Assembly: GCA_041175425.1 (NCBI GenBank)
Contig: JBEDEY010000277.1
Span: 1-48,777 of the forward strand
Origin: Bacteroidota bacterium
GTDB lineage: Bacteria > Bacteroidota > Bacteroidia > Cytophagales > Cyclobacteriaceae
Direction of reading: 5' to 3'
DNA: 48,777 nucleotides
In this document: piece by piece, positions 48,692 through 48,777 of the stretch
Numbering within the stretch: the stretch's first letter is position 1
How the letters are laid out: each line of letters starts with the position of its first letter
The notes under the pieces: model-generated
Told to the model about the DNA's origin: nothing
Databases searched by the model: none
What the model saw: only the letters and a program-made list of their open reading frames with translations
Program-made: the position numbers and the translations under genes

Positions 48692-48725
48692 TATTTATCG
48701 GCCATTCATTGGCACAAGTTTTCAA

Positions 48726-48767
48726 GCAAAAGCAGCTGTTTCCCTAAAGAGACAGCTGCTTTTTTGC
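48726..48767. terminator. Intrinsic terminator after rho
   Basis: GCAAAAGCAGCTGT...ACAGCTGCTTTTTTGC inverted repeat. Confidence 0.85.
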
Positions 48768-48777
48768 TACTTGGAGT

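Noticed and set aside
48709-48724. Sigma-54-like TTGGCAC after rho (and TTGGTAT at about 15172)
   Set aside because: The -12 element is not TTGC (it reads TTCA and TACA respectively). The rho-distal site is also followed immediately by a terminator.

Overview
The window is almost entirely core chromosome from a Bacteroidota genome, most likely Cytophagales or Cyclobacteriaceae (Algoriphagus-like). This placement is inferred from gene order, TAnnTTTG promoter elements, the lack of obvious Shine-Dalgarno sites, and the long NusB and Rho proteins. About 43 CDS are supported. Recognisable blocks are ppiC-surA; an ABC exporter divergent from a Leu/Phe/Val dehydrogenase; nusB-ytxH-DUF1573-yajC-ybbR-coaE; serS; 2OG-Fe(II) oxygenase-chrA; CBS-nadK-porG-uppS-bamA-skp-skp-trx; a pseudouridine synthase with a long disordered tail; arginase-like-cytochrome b5-sugar kinase-murQ; a lone nqrF; accD; cstA; rimP-nusA-infB; mreBCD-mrdA-rodA; ferredoxin-tdk-recO; and rho. 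I found no tRNA, rRNA, CRISPR array, IS element or prophage. The best candidate for an uncharacterised system is a minus-strand three-gene unit at 30010-33169. It encodes a membrane-anchored protein ending in a PPP motif (possible ribosome-stalling sensor), an outer-membrane beta-barrel, and a lipoprotein with two PAP2/vanadium-haloperoxidase domains, one degenerate and one intact. All calls come from reading motifs by eye; no database searches were run.
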